Assembly: GCA_963730185.1 (NCBI GenBank) | Contig: CAVSQW010000008.1 | Span: 256,001-320,000, forward strand | Direction of reading: 5' to 3' | DNA: 64,000 nucleotides | Source: an uncultured Gemmatimonadales bacterium | GTDB taxonomy: Bacteria > Gemmatimonadota > Gemmatimonadetes > Gemmatimonadales > GWC2-71-9 | Shown: positions 55,988 through 64,000 of the stretch, in pieces | Numbering within the stretch: position 1 is the first letter of the stretch | Layout of the letters: every line of letters begins with the position of its first letter | Notes under the pieces: model-generated | Database searches by the model: none | Seen by the model: only the letters and a program-made list of their open reading frames with translations | Told to the model about the DNA's origin: nothing | Translations under genes and position numbers: made by a program

Positions 55988-57237
55988 GCGCCGGCCTCGC
56001 GCAGGTAGTCCTCGAGATAGCGGAACTCGGGGGTCAGCTCGCCCTTGTGGGTCACGGTTGCTCCCAGGATGGCGGCGGGCAGGGCCAGGTGCTCGAACGG
56101 CCGGTCGAAGGCGGCCGCGGCCAGCTCGCCGATGAAGGGGTAGAGCGAGTCGCCGAAGTGGTCGGTGGCGTCTCGGGGAAGTTCGGCCGGCAGGTTGTCG
56201 ACGGCCATGATGGCGGGACCCGGCCCGTCGAATCCGCTCGTCGCTCCGCCGGTGGCGGGGTCGTATACGTAGACGGGGTCGTCTGGGGTGGTCGCCCGGA
56301 CGGTCGCCTCGATCGAGCCTTCGACGTCGCAGGAGATGTCGGCGATCACCTCGAGCTTGGGCCGGCCGCCGGCCCAGAGTCGGACCAGGTCGGCCTGGGA
56401 CACGAGTCGAGGGGTGGCCGGCTGCCAGTAGATCCCGTTCACCAGGAGCGTCAGGTGGGGCAGGTGCCGGGCGAAGTGCTCCCGGTGCATCCGCCGGAAC
56501 ACCACCTTGTAGATGGCGTGCCGGGAGATGTCCGACTTGCTCAGGAAGGCGGGCAGGTCGTCCGGGTCGACCTCGACGATCGGCAGCGCCTCCAGGATCT
56601 GCTGGGCGCCCTGGGAGACGTTCCCCCCGCCGGTAAAGCCGATCACCAGCGGATGGAGCTCCGGCGCGATCCCCACCTCCCTGATCCGGCGGCCGACCCG
56701 CTCGGTCAAGTAGTCGGTCGCGGCCGCGACGCTGCGGTACCGGTGGGCCGGCTCCACGCCCGCGAAGGCGGTGTCGACCCCCCGCTCGGCCAGACGCCGG
56801 CCCAGGGTCCAGAGACCGTCGATCATGCCCGCGTAGCCCGCGTGCCGGCCAAAGAAGATCAGCCGCTCGCCGTAGCGGTCCACGATCGATTCGTAGTCGA
56901 TCAAGGTGCAGCCGTCGGTCAGGAACCGGCGGAGCAGGGGCATGTTGTAGGCCTGGCCCTTGATCACGTGGGAGAACATCAGGTAGGGATGGTCCGGCAC
57001 CAGCTTGGCGATCGGGACCTCCTTCACGCAGAGGATTGCCCGGCAGCCCGTCAGGTCGGCCGTGAGGGTGGCGCCGGCGGCCCGGTAGTCGTCGTCCGGA
57101 TAGACCCGGAAGGGCGAGGGCTCCACGGCCACCCGGAGGCCTCGATCCCGGACCAGTTCGCGGACGTGCCCGGGCGTGAGGGGAGCCCGGCGCTCCCAGC
57201 GGTTCTTGTCTTCCTGCCGGATCCCGATGTGGTACAC
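55984..57237 (-). CDS. Lysine-ketoglutarate reductase (AASS LKR-domain type)
   Basis: IGIRQEDKNRWERRAPLTP, VKEVP, FSHVIKGQAYNM, LIDYE, FGRHAGYAG, GNVSQGAQ, DISCD, MAVDNLPAELP. Confidence 0.9.
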   Translation of the reverse strand: MYHIGIRQEDKNRWERRAPLTPGHVRELVRDRGLRVAVEPSPFRVYPDDDYRAAGATLTADLTGCRAILCVKEVPIAKLVPDHPYLMFSHVIKGQAYNMPLLRRFLTDGCTLIDYESIVDRYGERLIFFGRHAGYAGMIDGLWTLGRRLAERGVDTAFAGVEPAHRYRSVAAATDYLTERVGRRIREVGIAPELHPLVIGFTGGGNVSQGAQQILEALPIVEVDPDDLPAFLSKSDISRHAIYKVVFRRMHREHFARHLPHLTLLVNGIYWQPATPRLVSQADLVRLWAGGRPKLEVIADISCDVEGSIEATVRATTPDDPVYVYDPATGGATSGFDGPGPAIMAVDNLPAELPRDATDHFGDSLYPFIGELAAAAFDRPFEHLALPAAILGATVTHKGELTPEFRYLEDYLREAGA

Positions 57238-57345
57238 CCACCCTCCCCCTGGCGACGCCGGCCCCCGCGGCCGGCGCTCCGAACATAGCCCACCCCTTCC
57301 CCGGTTGCAGCCGGTGGCTCCGCCCGGCGGTGGAGGACCCTCCGG

Positions 57346-58752
57346 CTACGCCGCCGGGAGCCTCAGCGTGAACGCGATGCCGCCGCCGTCCGGGTGCTCC
57401 ACCTCCAGCCGGCCGTGATGGATCTCGGCCGCCCGCTTGGCGATCGCCAGGCCGAGACCGCTCCCGGGCACCGCCGTGTTCCGGCGGGTGAAGCGCTCGA
57501 ACAGGTACTCCACCTGGTCAGGTGGGATTCCAGGACCGAAATCCCGAACCCGAACCCAGCTGGTGGGTGGGGTGGTGTCGTCGCGGCCGGCGCTCACCTC
57601 CACCGGGGCGGGCGCGCCGTGGAACAGCGCGTTCTCGAGGAGGGAGAGGATGGCGCGCTCGATCAGGGTCCGGTTGCCCTGGATCGGCGCCACGTCGAAA
57701 TGCCCGAGCCGGAGGTCGCGATCCTGGGCGACCGGCAGCCGGCGGACCCGGATCAGGAGCTGCGGGACCAGGTCGTCCAGGTAGAGCCGCTCGCTCGCCG
57801 CGGCGGCCGACTCGCTCTCGGTCCGGGTCAGCCAGAGGAGGTCGCCCACCACCGACGCCATCCGGGCGGTCTCGCCGGCAATCACGGCGAGCGCCTGAGC
57901 GTCCGACTCCGCCTCGCGCCGGCCGGCCAAGGCCGCCTCGGCCTCACTCCGGACGATCGCGATCGGTGTCCGGAGCTCGTGGGCGGCGTCCTGGAGGAAG
58001 CGGCGCTGGCGCTCCGACAGCGACCGCTCCCGCTCCAGGGCCTCGGCCAACCGGTCGAGGAGGCGGTTGAACTCGGTCGTCAGCCGACCCAGCTCATCGG
58101 CCACCGGATGAGCGGGGAGCCGGGGAAGGGACCGGGCGCCCTGACCCACCATCGCCCCGATTGCCCCAGCCGACTCGGCCAGCCCCGTCATGGGGCGGAG
58201 CGCCTGGCGGGCCAGCCACAGGCCGGCGAATCCGGCGATGCCGAGCAGCGGGAAGAGGAGCAGCATCGCGATCAGCAAGGCTCGGCGATGGCGGTCCACC
58301 GGGTCGAGCGAGATCGCCACCACCAGGCGGACGCCGCCCGGCAGGATCGTGCCGATCGCCCGGGCCCGACCGGTCGAGGTGTGGATCGTGGTCGGCTCGT
58401 CGCCCACCAGGTCGGGGCGGAGGCTGTCGATCACCGGGGCGCCGACGAAATGCCGGCTCCGGGCGATCTGGCGGCCGTCCGGGGCGAAGGCGACCATCGC
58501 CCGGTCGGCGTAGATCAGCTCGCTGATGACGTGGGCGGCCAGCAGGACCTCGGTCGAGAACTCGCCCCGGTCCTGGGCGTACACGTCCCGCGCCGCCAGC
58601 AGGGTTTCGGTCAAGCTTTGGTCGATGCCGGTGTGGAGGGAACGATCGACCGTCCAGGCGAGCCCGATCCAGCCCGCGAGGAGGAAGAGGGTGAAGCCGG
58701 CGAGATAGAAGCCCGTGAGCCGGACCCGAAGCCCGCGGACGGGATAGCTCAC
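57346..58752 (-). CDS. Membrane sensor histidine kinase (HAMP, OmpR-partner type)
   Basis: 2 TM; DELGRL HAMP; DAAHELRTP, LLENA, DFGPGIP, GSGLGL; GTGA overlap with the response regulator. Confidence 0.92.
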   Translation of the reverse strand: MSYPVRGLRVRLTGFYLAGFTLFLLAGWIGLAWTVDRSLHTGIDQSLTETLLAARDVYAQDRGEFSTEVLLAAHVISELIYADRAMVAFAPDGRQIARSRHFVGAPVIDSLRPDLVGDEPTTIHTSTGRARAIGTILPGGVRLVVAISLDPVDRHRRALLIAMLLLFPLLGIAGFAGLWLARQALRPMTGLAESAGAIGAMVGQGARSLPRLPAHPVADELGRLTTEFNRLLDRLAEALERERSLSERQRRFLQDAAHELRTPIAIVRSEAEAALAGRREAESDAQALAVIAGETARMASVVGDLLWLTRTESESAAAASERLYLDDLVPQLLIRVRRLPVAQDRDLRLGHFDVAPIQGNRTLIERAILSLLENALFHGAPAPVEVSAGRDDTTPPTSWVRVRDFGPGIPPDQVEYLFERFTRRNTAVPGSGLGLAIAKRAAEIHHGRLEVEHPDGGGIAFTLRLPAA

Positions 58753-59432
58753 GCCGATTGGTCGAGGCTGCCCAGGGAGTAGCCGCTGCCCCGCATGGTG
58801 TGGAGGAGAGGAACGTCACCCGGGAGGTCGATCTTCTTCCGAAGCCGGCCGACGTACACGTCGATGATGTTCGAGCCCGGCTCGTGACGCTCGTCCCAGA
58901 GGGCCGCCGTGATCTGCGACCGGGAGAGCACCTCGCCCGGGTGGCGGGCCAGGAACTCGAGCAAGGCGTACTCGGTGGTGGTGAGATCGATCGACCGCAT
59001 TCCCCGCCGCGCGATCCGGCCGCGGGTGTCGACCTCGAGGTCGGCCACCATCAGGATGTCGGGCCGAATCTGCGGGGTGCGCCGGGTCACCGCGCGGAGG
59101 CGGGCCAGGAGCTCTTCCAGCGCGAACGGCTTGACCAGGTAGTCGTCGGCGCCGAGGTCGAGTCCCCGGACCCGATCCTCGACCGAATCCCGAGCGGTGA
59201 TGATCAGAATCGGAGTCTCCAGTCCCTCGGTCCGGAGGTCCTGAGCCAGCCGGAACCCCGACCCGTCGGGCAGACCGATGTCCAGCAGGATGGCGTCGAA
59301 CAGGTCGCCCGCGAGCTTGCTCCGGGCGTCGGCGACCCCACCGCTGACGTCCACGGCGTGGGCAGCCTCCCTGAGTCCTTTGGCGAGCGACGCCGCGAGT
59401 CGCGGCTCGTCCTCGATGACGAGTAGGCGCAT
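58749..59432 (-). CDS. OmpR/PhoB-family response regulator (CusR/CzcR-like)
   Basis: RBS GGAG; LLVIEDE, LLDIGLP, GADDYLVKPF; winged helix LTTTEY...NIIDVYVGRLRKKID...HTMRGSGY. Confidence 0.95.
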   Translation of the reverse strand: MRLLVIEDEPRLAASLAKGLREAAHAVDVSGGVADARSKLAGDLFDAILLDIGLPDGSGFRLAQDLRTEGLETPILIITARDSVEDRVRGLDLGADDYLVKPFALEELLARLRAVTRRTPQIRPDILMVADLEVDTRGRIARRGMRSIDLTTTEYALLEFLARHPGEVLSRSQITAALWDERHEPGSNIIDVYVGRLRKKIDLPGDVPLLHTMRGSGYSLGSLDQSA

Positions 59433-59504
59433 GGGGTCTCCGGTAAGTCGCGGAAAGCTCCACTCACCGATGGCCCCGGTCAATACTTCCGGCTCCATTC
59501 GTCG

Positions 59505-59525
59505 ATTCATTTTCGTTTCATGAAG
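59505..59525. promoter_or_regulatory. 11-bp-period direct repeat upstream of the OmpR-type regulator
   Basis: Plus strand ATTCAT-tttcg-TTTCAT, overlapping palindrome TTCATGAA. Confidence 0.5.
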
Positions 59526-59562
59526 CCAGGCGGCCCGCGGGACGGGTTATGTCCCCAGTCAC

Positions 59563-62001
59563 CTAGTCACCTCGCAACGCCTCCAGCGGCTCCGTCCGGG
59601 CCGCCCGCCGAGCGGGGGCGTCCGCGGCGAGGAACGCGACCCCGAGCAGCAGGGCCGCGATCCCGGCGAACGTAACCGGGTCGAGCGGACTCACGCCGTA
59701 GAGGAGGCTCCGAAGGAGCTGTCCGAGGCCGGCGGCGAGGGCCATTCCGACCGCGAGGCCGACGACGGTGAGCCGGAGGCCGTCTCGGAGCACCAGGCGG
59801 CGGACGGCGCTTTCGCGAGCGCCGAGCGCGAGGCGGATGCCGAGCTCGCGGCGGCGGAGGCTCACGCCATAGGCCAGCACGCCGTAGAGGCCGATCGCCG
59901 CGAGCAGGAGCCCGACCACGCCGAAGGCGCCGGCCAGGCCGGCGGCGATCCGGTTGGGCAGGAGCGCGATCGAAGTCATCTGCTCGAGCGGGGCGTTGGC
60001 CGCGAGCGGAAGGTCCGGCGCGATCGAGTGAACCAGGTCTCGGACCGGTCCGGTCAGGTCGCGCCCGTCGCCCGCGATCAGGAGCGAGAGCGCGTTGCGG
60101 GTGGTCTGGGCCAGGGGGACATAAACCATCGGGATCGGATCCTCGCCGACCGATCGGTACTTGGCGTCGCGGGCCACGCCGATCACGGTGACGGGCGTGG
60201 TGGTCTTGAAGCCGCCGTAGCCGAGTGGTTTCCCGACCGGGTCGTCGTTGCCCCAGATCTGGTGCGCCAGCGTCTGGTTCACGATCACCACGACGGGAGC
60301 GCCGGCCCGATCGGTGGCGGCGAAGGCCCGGCCCCGAACCAGCGGAATGCCCATGGTCTGGAAGAACCCGGGCGACACGTCGGTGAAGTCGGTTGCGAAG
60401 AGGCCGACGTTGGGCTCCTGCGCCCGGTCGGGGACGGAGACGCCGGTGCCCTGGTTGGACAGGGTCAGCGGCAGGAGGTCGGTCAGTCCGGCCGATCGGA
60501 CGCCGGGCAGCGCCCGGGCCCGCTCCAGGAGGGTCTCGCCGAAGCGGGCCACCTGGTCCGGCGTCCACGCCATGACCTGGAGCTCGAAGCTGGCGGCGTG
60601 CACGCCGGCGGGCTCGAAGCCGATGTTGACGGACGACGCCGCGCCCAGGGCCCGGGTCATGAGGCCGGCGGCCACGAGCAGGACCACCGACGCCGCCACC
60701 TGGGCCACCACGAACACGCTCCGGAGGCCGAGCTTCCCGCCGGCGGTGGTCGCCGCCTCGTTCTTGAGGCCCCGGACCAGGTCGGTCCGGCCCGCCTGGC
60801 GGGCCGGAATCAGCCCGACCAGGACGCCGGTGGCGAGGGCGATCAGGAAGGTGATTGCCAGGACCGGGCCGTCGAGGTGGAAGTCGAGGGCCAGCGGGAC
60901 CGGGATCGGAAGCGGGGCCCGGGTCAGGGCCCCAGTGGCCAGCTCGGCGAGGGCCAGCCCGAGACCGCCGCCCAGGAGGAAGAGGAGGAGGCTCTCGGTC
61001 ACCAGCTGCTGAAGCAGCCGGGCCCGCGACGCGCCCAAGGCAAGTCGGACGGCGATCTCCTTCCTCCGGCTGACGGCCCGAGCCAGGAGCACGCTGGCGA
61101 CGTTGACGCAGACGATCAGCAGGACCACGCCGGCCAGCACCAGGAGGAGGCCGAAGAAGCCTACGATCGGGAGCGCCGCCTGAGCCGGGATCGGGTGGAA
61201 CGCTCGTACATCGACCTGCCGGTCGACCTCGAGCCCATTGGCCCGGCCGATCGTGGTGGCCAGGTTGCTGAGCTCGGAGCCGACCGCCTCGCGGGTCGCG
61301 CCGGGGGCCAGCCGTCCGACCACCTCCAGCCACGACGCCCGCCGCTCGTCGAGCTGGGCGCTCTCCCCGGTCAACCCGGCCTGGCTGAGCGGCAGGAAGA
61401 CCGAGACGTCGAGCGGCGCCAGATGCCCGTGAAAGCCCGGCTCCGCCACCCCGACCACCGTCACCGGGTGCCCGTTCAGGCTGAGCGCCCGGCCGATCAT
61501 GGCCGAGTCGGCGGCGAACTGGGTCCGCCAGGCCGTTTCGGTCAACACCGCCACCGGCGCCGCGCCCGGCCGATCGTCGTCGGGCACGAAGAGCCGGCCC
61601 AGGAGCGGCCGGGTCCCGAGGACGGAGAGGTAGTTGCCCGACACCACCATCCCCATCCGGAGCACGGGGTCGCCGATGCTCCGGAGGCTGGCGGGGAAGG
61701 TGGACCAGGCGGCCAGATCGACGTGCTCGGCCGCGGCGGACCGGTAGTCGCGGAAGTCCGGCGCCGAGAAGGCGTGGAAGCTGGAGCCGTCCCGGCTCTT
61801 GGCGTGGGCGGTGACCAGCCGGTCGGCGTCGCGCACTCCGGCCGGCGAGCGGAGCAGGAGGCCGTTGGCCGCGCTGATGATGGTGCTGGTGGCTCCGATG
61901 CCGAGGCCGATGGTGACGACGGTGACCAGGGTGAAGATTGGCGACTGACCGAGGCCGCGGATCGCGAGACGGAGGTCGCGGAGCCAGCTGCTCATCGACA
62001 T
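59563..62001 (-). CDS. Duplicated orphan ABC permease (ADOP family)
   Basis: IGLGIGATSTI, LLIVCVNVASVLLAR, RRRELGIRLALGA, PARRAARTEPLEALR. Confidence 0.92.
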   Translation of the reverse strand: MSMSSWLRDLRLAIRGLGQSPIFTLVTVVTIGLGIGATSTIISAANGLLLRSPAGVRDADRLVTAHAKSRDGSSFHAFSAPDFRDYRSAAAEHVDLAAWSTFPASLRSIGDPVLRMGMVVSGNYLSVLGTRPLLGRLFVPDDDRPGAAPVAVLTETAWRTQFAADSAMIGRALSLNGHPVTVVGVAEPGFHGHLAPLDVSVFLPLSQAGLTGESAQLDERRASWLEVVGRLAPGATREAVGSELSNLATTIGRANGLEVDRQVDVRAFHPIPAQAALPIVGFFGLLLVLAGVVLLIVCVNVASVLLARAVSRRKEIAVRLALGASRARLLQQLVTESLLLFLLGGGLGLALAELATGALTRAPLPIPVPLALDFHLDGPVLAITFLIALATGVLVGLIPARQAGRTDLVRGLKNEAATTAGGKLGLRSVFVVAQVAASVVLLVAAGLMTRALGAASSVNIGFEPAGVHAASFELQVMAWTPDQVARFGETLLERARALPGVRSAGLTDLLPLTLSNQGTGVSVPDRAQEPNVGLFATDFTDVSPGFFQTMGIPLVRGRAFAATDRAGAPVVVIVNQTLAHQIWGNDDPVGKPLGYGGFKTTTPVTVIGVARDAKYRSVGEDPIPMVYVPLAQTTRNALSLLIAGDGRDLTGPVRDLVHSIAPDLPLAANAPLEQMTSIALLPNRIAAGLAGAFGVVGLLLAAIGLYGVLAYGVSLRRRELGIRLALGARESAVRRLVLRDGLRLTVVGLAVGMALAAGLGQLLRSLLYGVSPLDPVTFAGIAALLLGVAFLAADAPARRAARTEPLEALRGD

Positions 62002-62068
62002 GACCTTGGGAGGGTGGGAGCCGACCCTACGGCCGCGAGCGGGGCCTTGTTTCAGGCCGAAACCAGGG

Positions 62069-64000
62069 CTAGGGTGTCGAGGACTCCGGCAAGAGCCGGC
62101 CGAGCAGGCTCCGGAACGCGGCCGGGCTGGGGAGTGTGAACCGGGCCCGGCTGGAGCGGGCGCCGATGTGGATGGTGAAGGCGGACGGCGGGAGCGCGGC
62201 GAAGAGGTCCTCGTCGGTGCGGTCGTCACCCGCGGCGAGGATCGCCGAGTCGGGCGCCATCTCGGCCACGACCCGCTGGGCCACGTCGGCCTTGCTCACG
62301 CCTTGGGGGCGAAGCTCGATCACGTGGTTGCCGAAGAGGACGTCGACCGGCAGGTTGCCGGCCAGGTGGAGCAGGTAGAGACCGAGCTCGTTGGCGTGCC
62401 GGGCCCCGATGTCGGGGTCGGCGGCGCGCCAGTGCCAGCCCAGCCCCAGCTCCTTCCGTTCCACGAACGCTCCCGGGGTGCGGGAGGCGAACTCCTCCAG
62501 CACCGGCTCCAGGACGTCGCGCCATTCCAGCGCGAACGGCATCAGCGGTTGCCAGTTGGAGTCGCCCCGGCGGCGAGTCCAACCCCCGTGTTCGGCATGG
62601 AGGTGGACCGGCAGGTCGCCGAGCCACCGGCCGAGAAACGCCCGGGACCGGCCGCTCACGATGTGGACGTCGGTCCGGGGCCGGGTGCCGAGTCGCTCGA
62701 GCAGCGAGGTGAGGGCGCTGTCGGGGACGGCCTGCTCGGGGTCGAGGTGAAAGCCCACCAGGGTGCCGTCGTAGTCGAGCAGGAGGACCAGCCGGGGCGT
62801 CTGGACCAGCTCGGTGACGGCCCGGACCAGGCCTTCGGGGTCCTCCGCGACGGCCGGCGGATTCCGGTGGTGGGCGGCGTGCTCCAGCGCCTCGAGGAAG
62901 TCGCGCACCCACCAGTGGACGTCGTGGTCGGCCACCCGGGTCCGGAGCGAGCGCATCCGGCGGCGGCGTTCGTCCCGGTCCATGGTCAGCGCCTCGTGGT
63001 AGCGCTCGGCGCAGGCCTCCAGCTCGTACGGGTTGATCAGGACCGCCTCCACCAGCTCGGCCGCCGCGCCGGCAAATTCGCTCAGGACGAGCACGCCGTC
63101 CTCGTCGGAACGGGCGGCCACGTACTCCTTGGCCACCAGGTTCATCCCGTCCCGGATCGGTGTCACCAGCATCACGTCAGCGGCCCGATAGAGCGCGATC
63201 ACCTCGTGCTGAGGCAGGCCGCGGTACATGTAGTGAACCGGCGTCCAGGTGGGGGTGGCGAAGGCTCCGTTGATCCGGCCGATCAGCATGTCGATCTGGC
63301 GGCGGAAGTCCTGATAGGCGTCGACGTCCTCGCGGGACGGCACCACCAGGGTCACCAGCCGTACCTTGCCGCGGAGGTCGGGGTAGCGGGTCAGCATCCG
63401 CTCGAAGGCGAGCAGCCGCCGGGGCAATCCCTTGGTATAGTCGAGCCGGTCGATCCCGAGCATGAACCGGCCGCTGTCCCCGCCACGATGCTCCCGCACG
63501 GCGGCCTCCACCTCGGGGAGCTCGGCGATCCTGGTGATCTCGGCGGCGTCGACCCCCATCGGGTGGGCCAGCAGCTTGCAGGTCCGGCTCCCGAGTCGGA
63601 CCTCGTCGACCTCCGTGGGACGGCCGGCGACGCGGAGCGCCGCGCGGGAGAAATGGTGGACGTAGCTCGACGTGTGGAACCCGATCAGGTCGGCGCCCAG
63701 CATCCCCTCGATCAGGTCGCGGCTCCCCGGAACGGTCTGGAACATCTCCGCCGCCGGGAAGGGAATGTGGAGGAAGAATCCGATGGTGGCGGCCGGGAGG
63801 CGGGCCCGGAGGAGGGCGGGGACCAGGAGCAGGTGGAAGTCGTTCACCCAGATGGTGTCGCCCGGCTCCCAGTAGTCGGCGACCCGGTCGGCGAAGAGCC
63901 GGTTCACCTCCTGGTACACCTCCCAGTCGTCGGTGGCGAGGGGGAGCTGCCCCGTCAGGTAGTGGAACACCGGCCAGATCACCCCGTTGGCGAAGCCAGC
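62069..64000 (-). CDS. Bifunctional trehalose-6-phosphate synthase/phosphatase (OtsA-OtsB fusion), 5'-truncated by window edge
   Basis: [51 protein letters not shown] domain LDYDGTL...AGDDRTDED. Confidence 0.96.
   Translation of the reverse strand, partial: AGFANGVIWPVFHYLTGQLPLATDDWEVYQEVNRLFADRVADYWEPGDTIWVNDFHLLLVPALLRARLPAATIGFFLHIPFPAAEMFQTVPGSRDLIEGMLGADLIGFHTSSYVHHFSRAALRVAGRPTEVDEVRLGSRTCKLLAHPMGVDAAEITRIAELPEVEAAVREHRGGDSGRFMLGIDRLDYTKGLPRRLLAFERMLTRYPDLRGKVRLVTLVVPSREDVDAYQDFRRQIDMLIGRINGAFATPTWTPVHYMYRGLPQHEVIALYRAADVMLVTPIRDGMNLVAKEYVAARSDEDGVLVLSEFAGAAAELVEAVLINPYELEACAERYHEALTMDRDERRRRMRSLRTRVADHDVHWWVRDFLEALEHAAHHRNPPAVAEDPEGLVRAVTELVQTPRLVLLLDYDGTLVGFHLDPEQAVPDSALTSLLERLGTRPRTDVHIVSGRSRAFLGRWLGDLPVHLHAEHGGWTRRRGDSNWQPLMPFALEWRDVLEPVLEEFASRTPGAFVERKELGLGWHWRAADPDIGARHANELGLYLLHLAGNLPVDVLFGNHVIELRPQGVSKADVAQRVVAEMAPDSAILAAGDDRTDEDLFAALPPSAFTIHIGARSSRARFTLPSPAAFRSLLGRLLPESSTP

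Noticed and set aside
1..64000. CRISPR arrays, IS elements, integrases, prophage or defence genes, rRNA/tRNA
   Set aside because: No spaced direct-repeat arrays, transposase, integrase or phage motifs, and no sustained compositional shift were seen by eye

Overview
Very GC-rich, gene-dense bacterial chromosomal segment with about 46 CDS. The orphan ADOP-type permeases and the many exported peptidases and lipoproteins suggest a Gemmatimonadota/Acidobacteriota-like diderm (inference). I saw no rRNA, tRNA, CRISPR array, transposase or prophage. Content: exported hydrolases, an efflux adaptor plus permease, a Cyc2-like cytochrome-porin with a partner cytochrome c, cytochrome c peroxidase, LemA/DUF2207, OsmC, DacB, an LmtA-like methyltransferase plus PAP2 phosphatase, a four-gene cytoplasmic signalling cluster, an AP2-like basic protein, a sigma54 two-component system, malic enzyme-PFOR-DHODH-like genes, a TonB receptor, split LKR/SDH saccharopine genes, an OmpR-type two-component system and a partial trehalose synthase/phosphatase. 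The most interesting signals are non-coding. (1) An unannotated ~180-nt sigma54-type sRNA unit (33596-33418, minus strand) has a -24/-12 promoter, palindromic enhancers, four hairpins, an occluded SD-AUG-UAG and a terminator, and is divergent from an NtrC-family two-component system. (2) A shared promoter architecture (CTTCAY-like hexamers at 11-bp period, then 11 nt, then a -10 box) lies upstream of the Cyc2-like gene, the peroxidase, PFOR and a Spy/CpxP gene, suggesting one OmpR/PhoB-type regulon. All calls come from reading motifs by eye; no searches were run.
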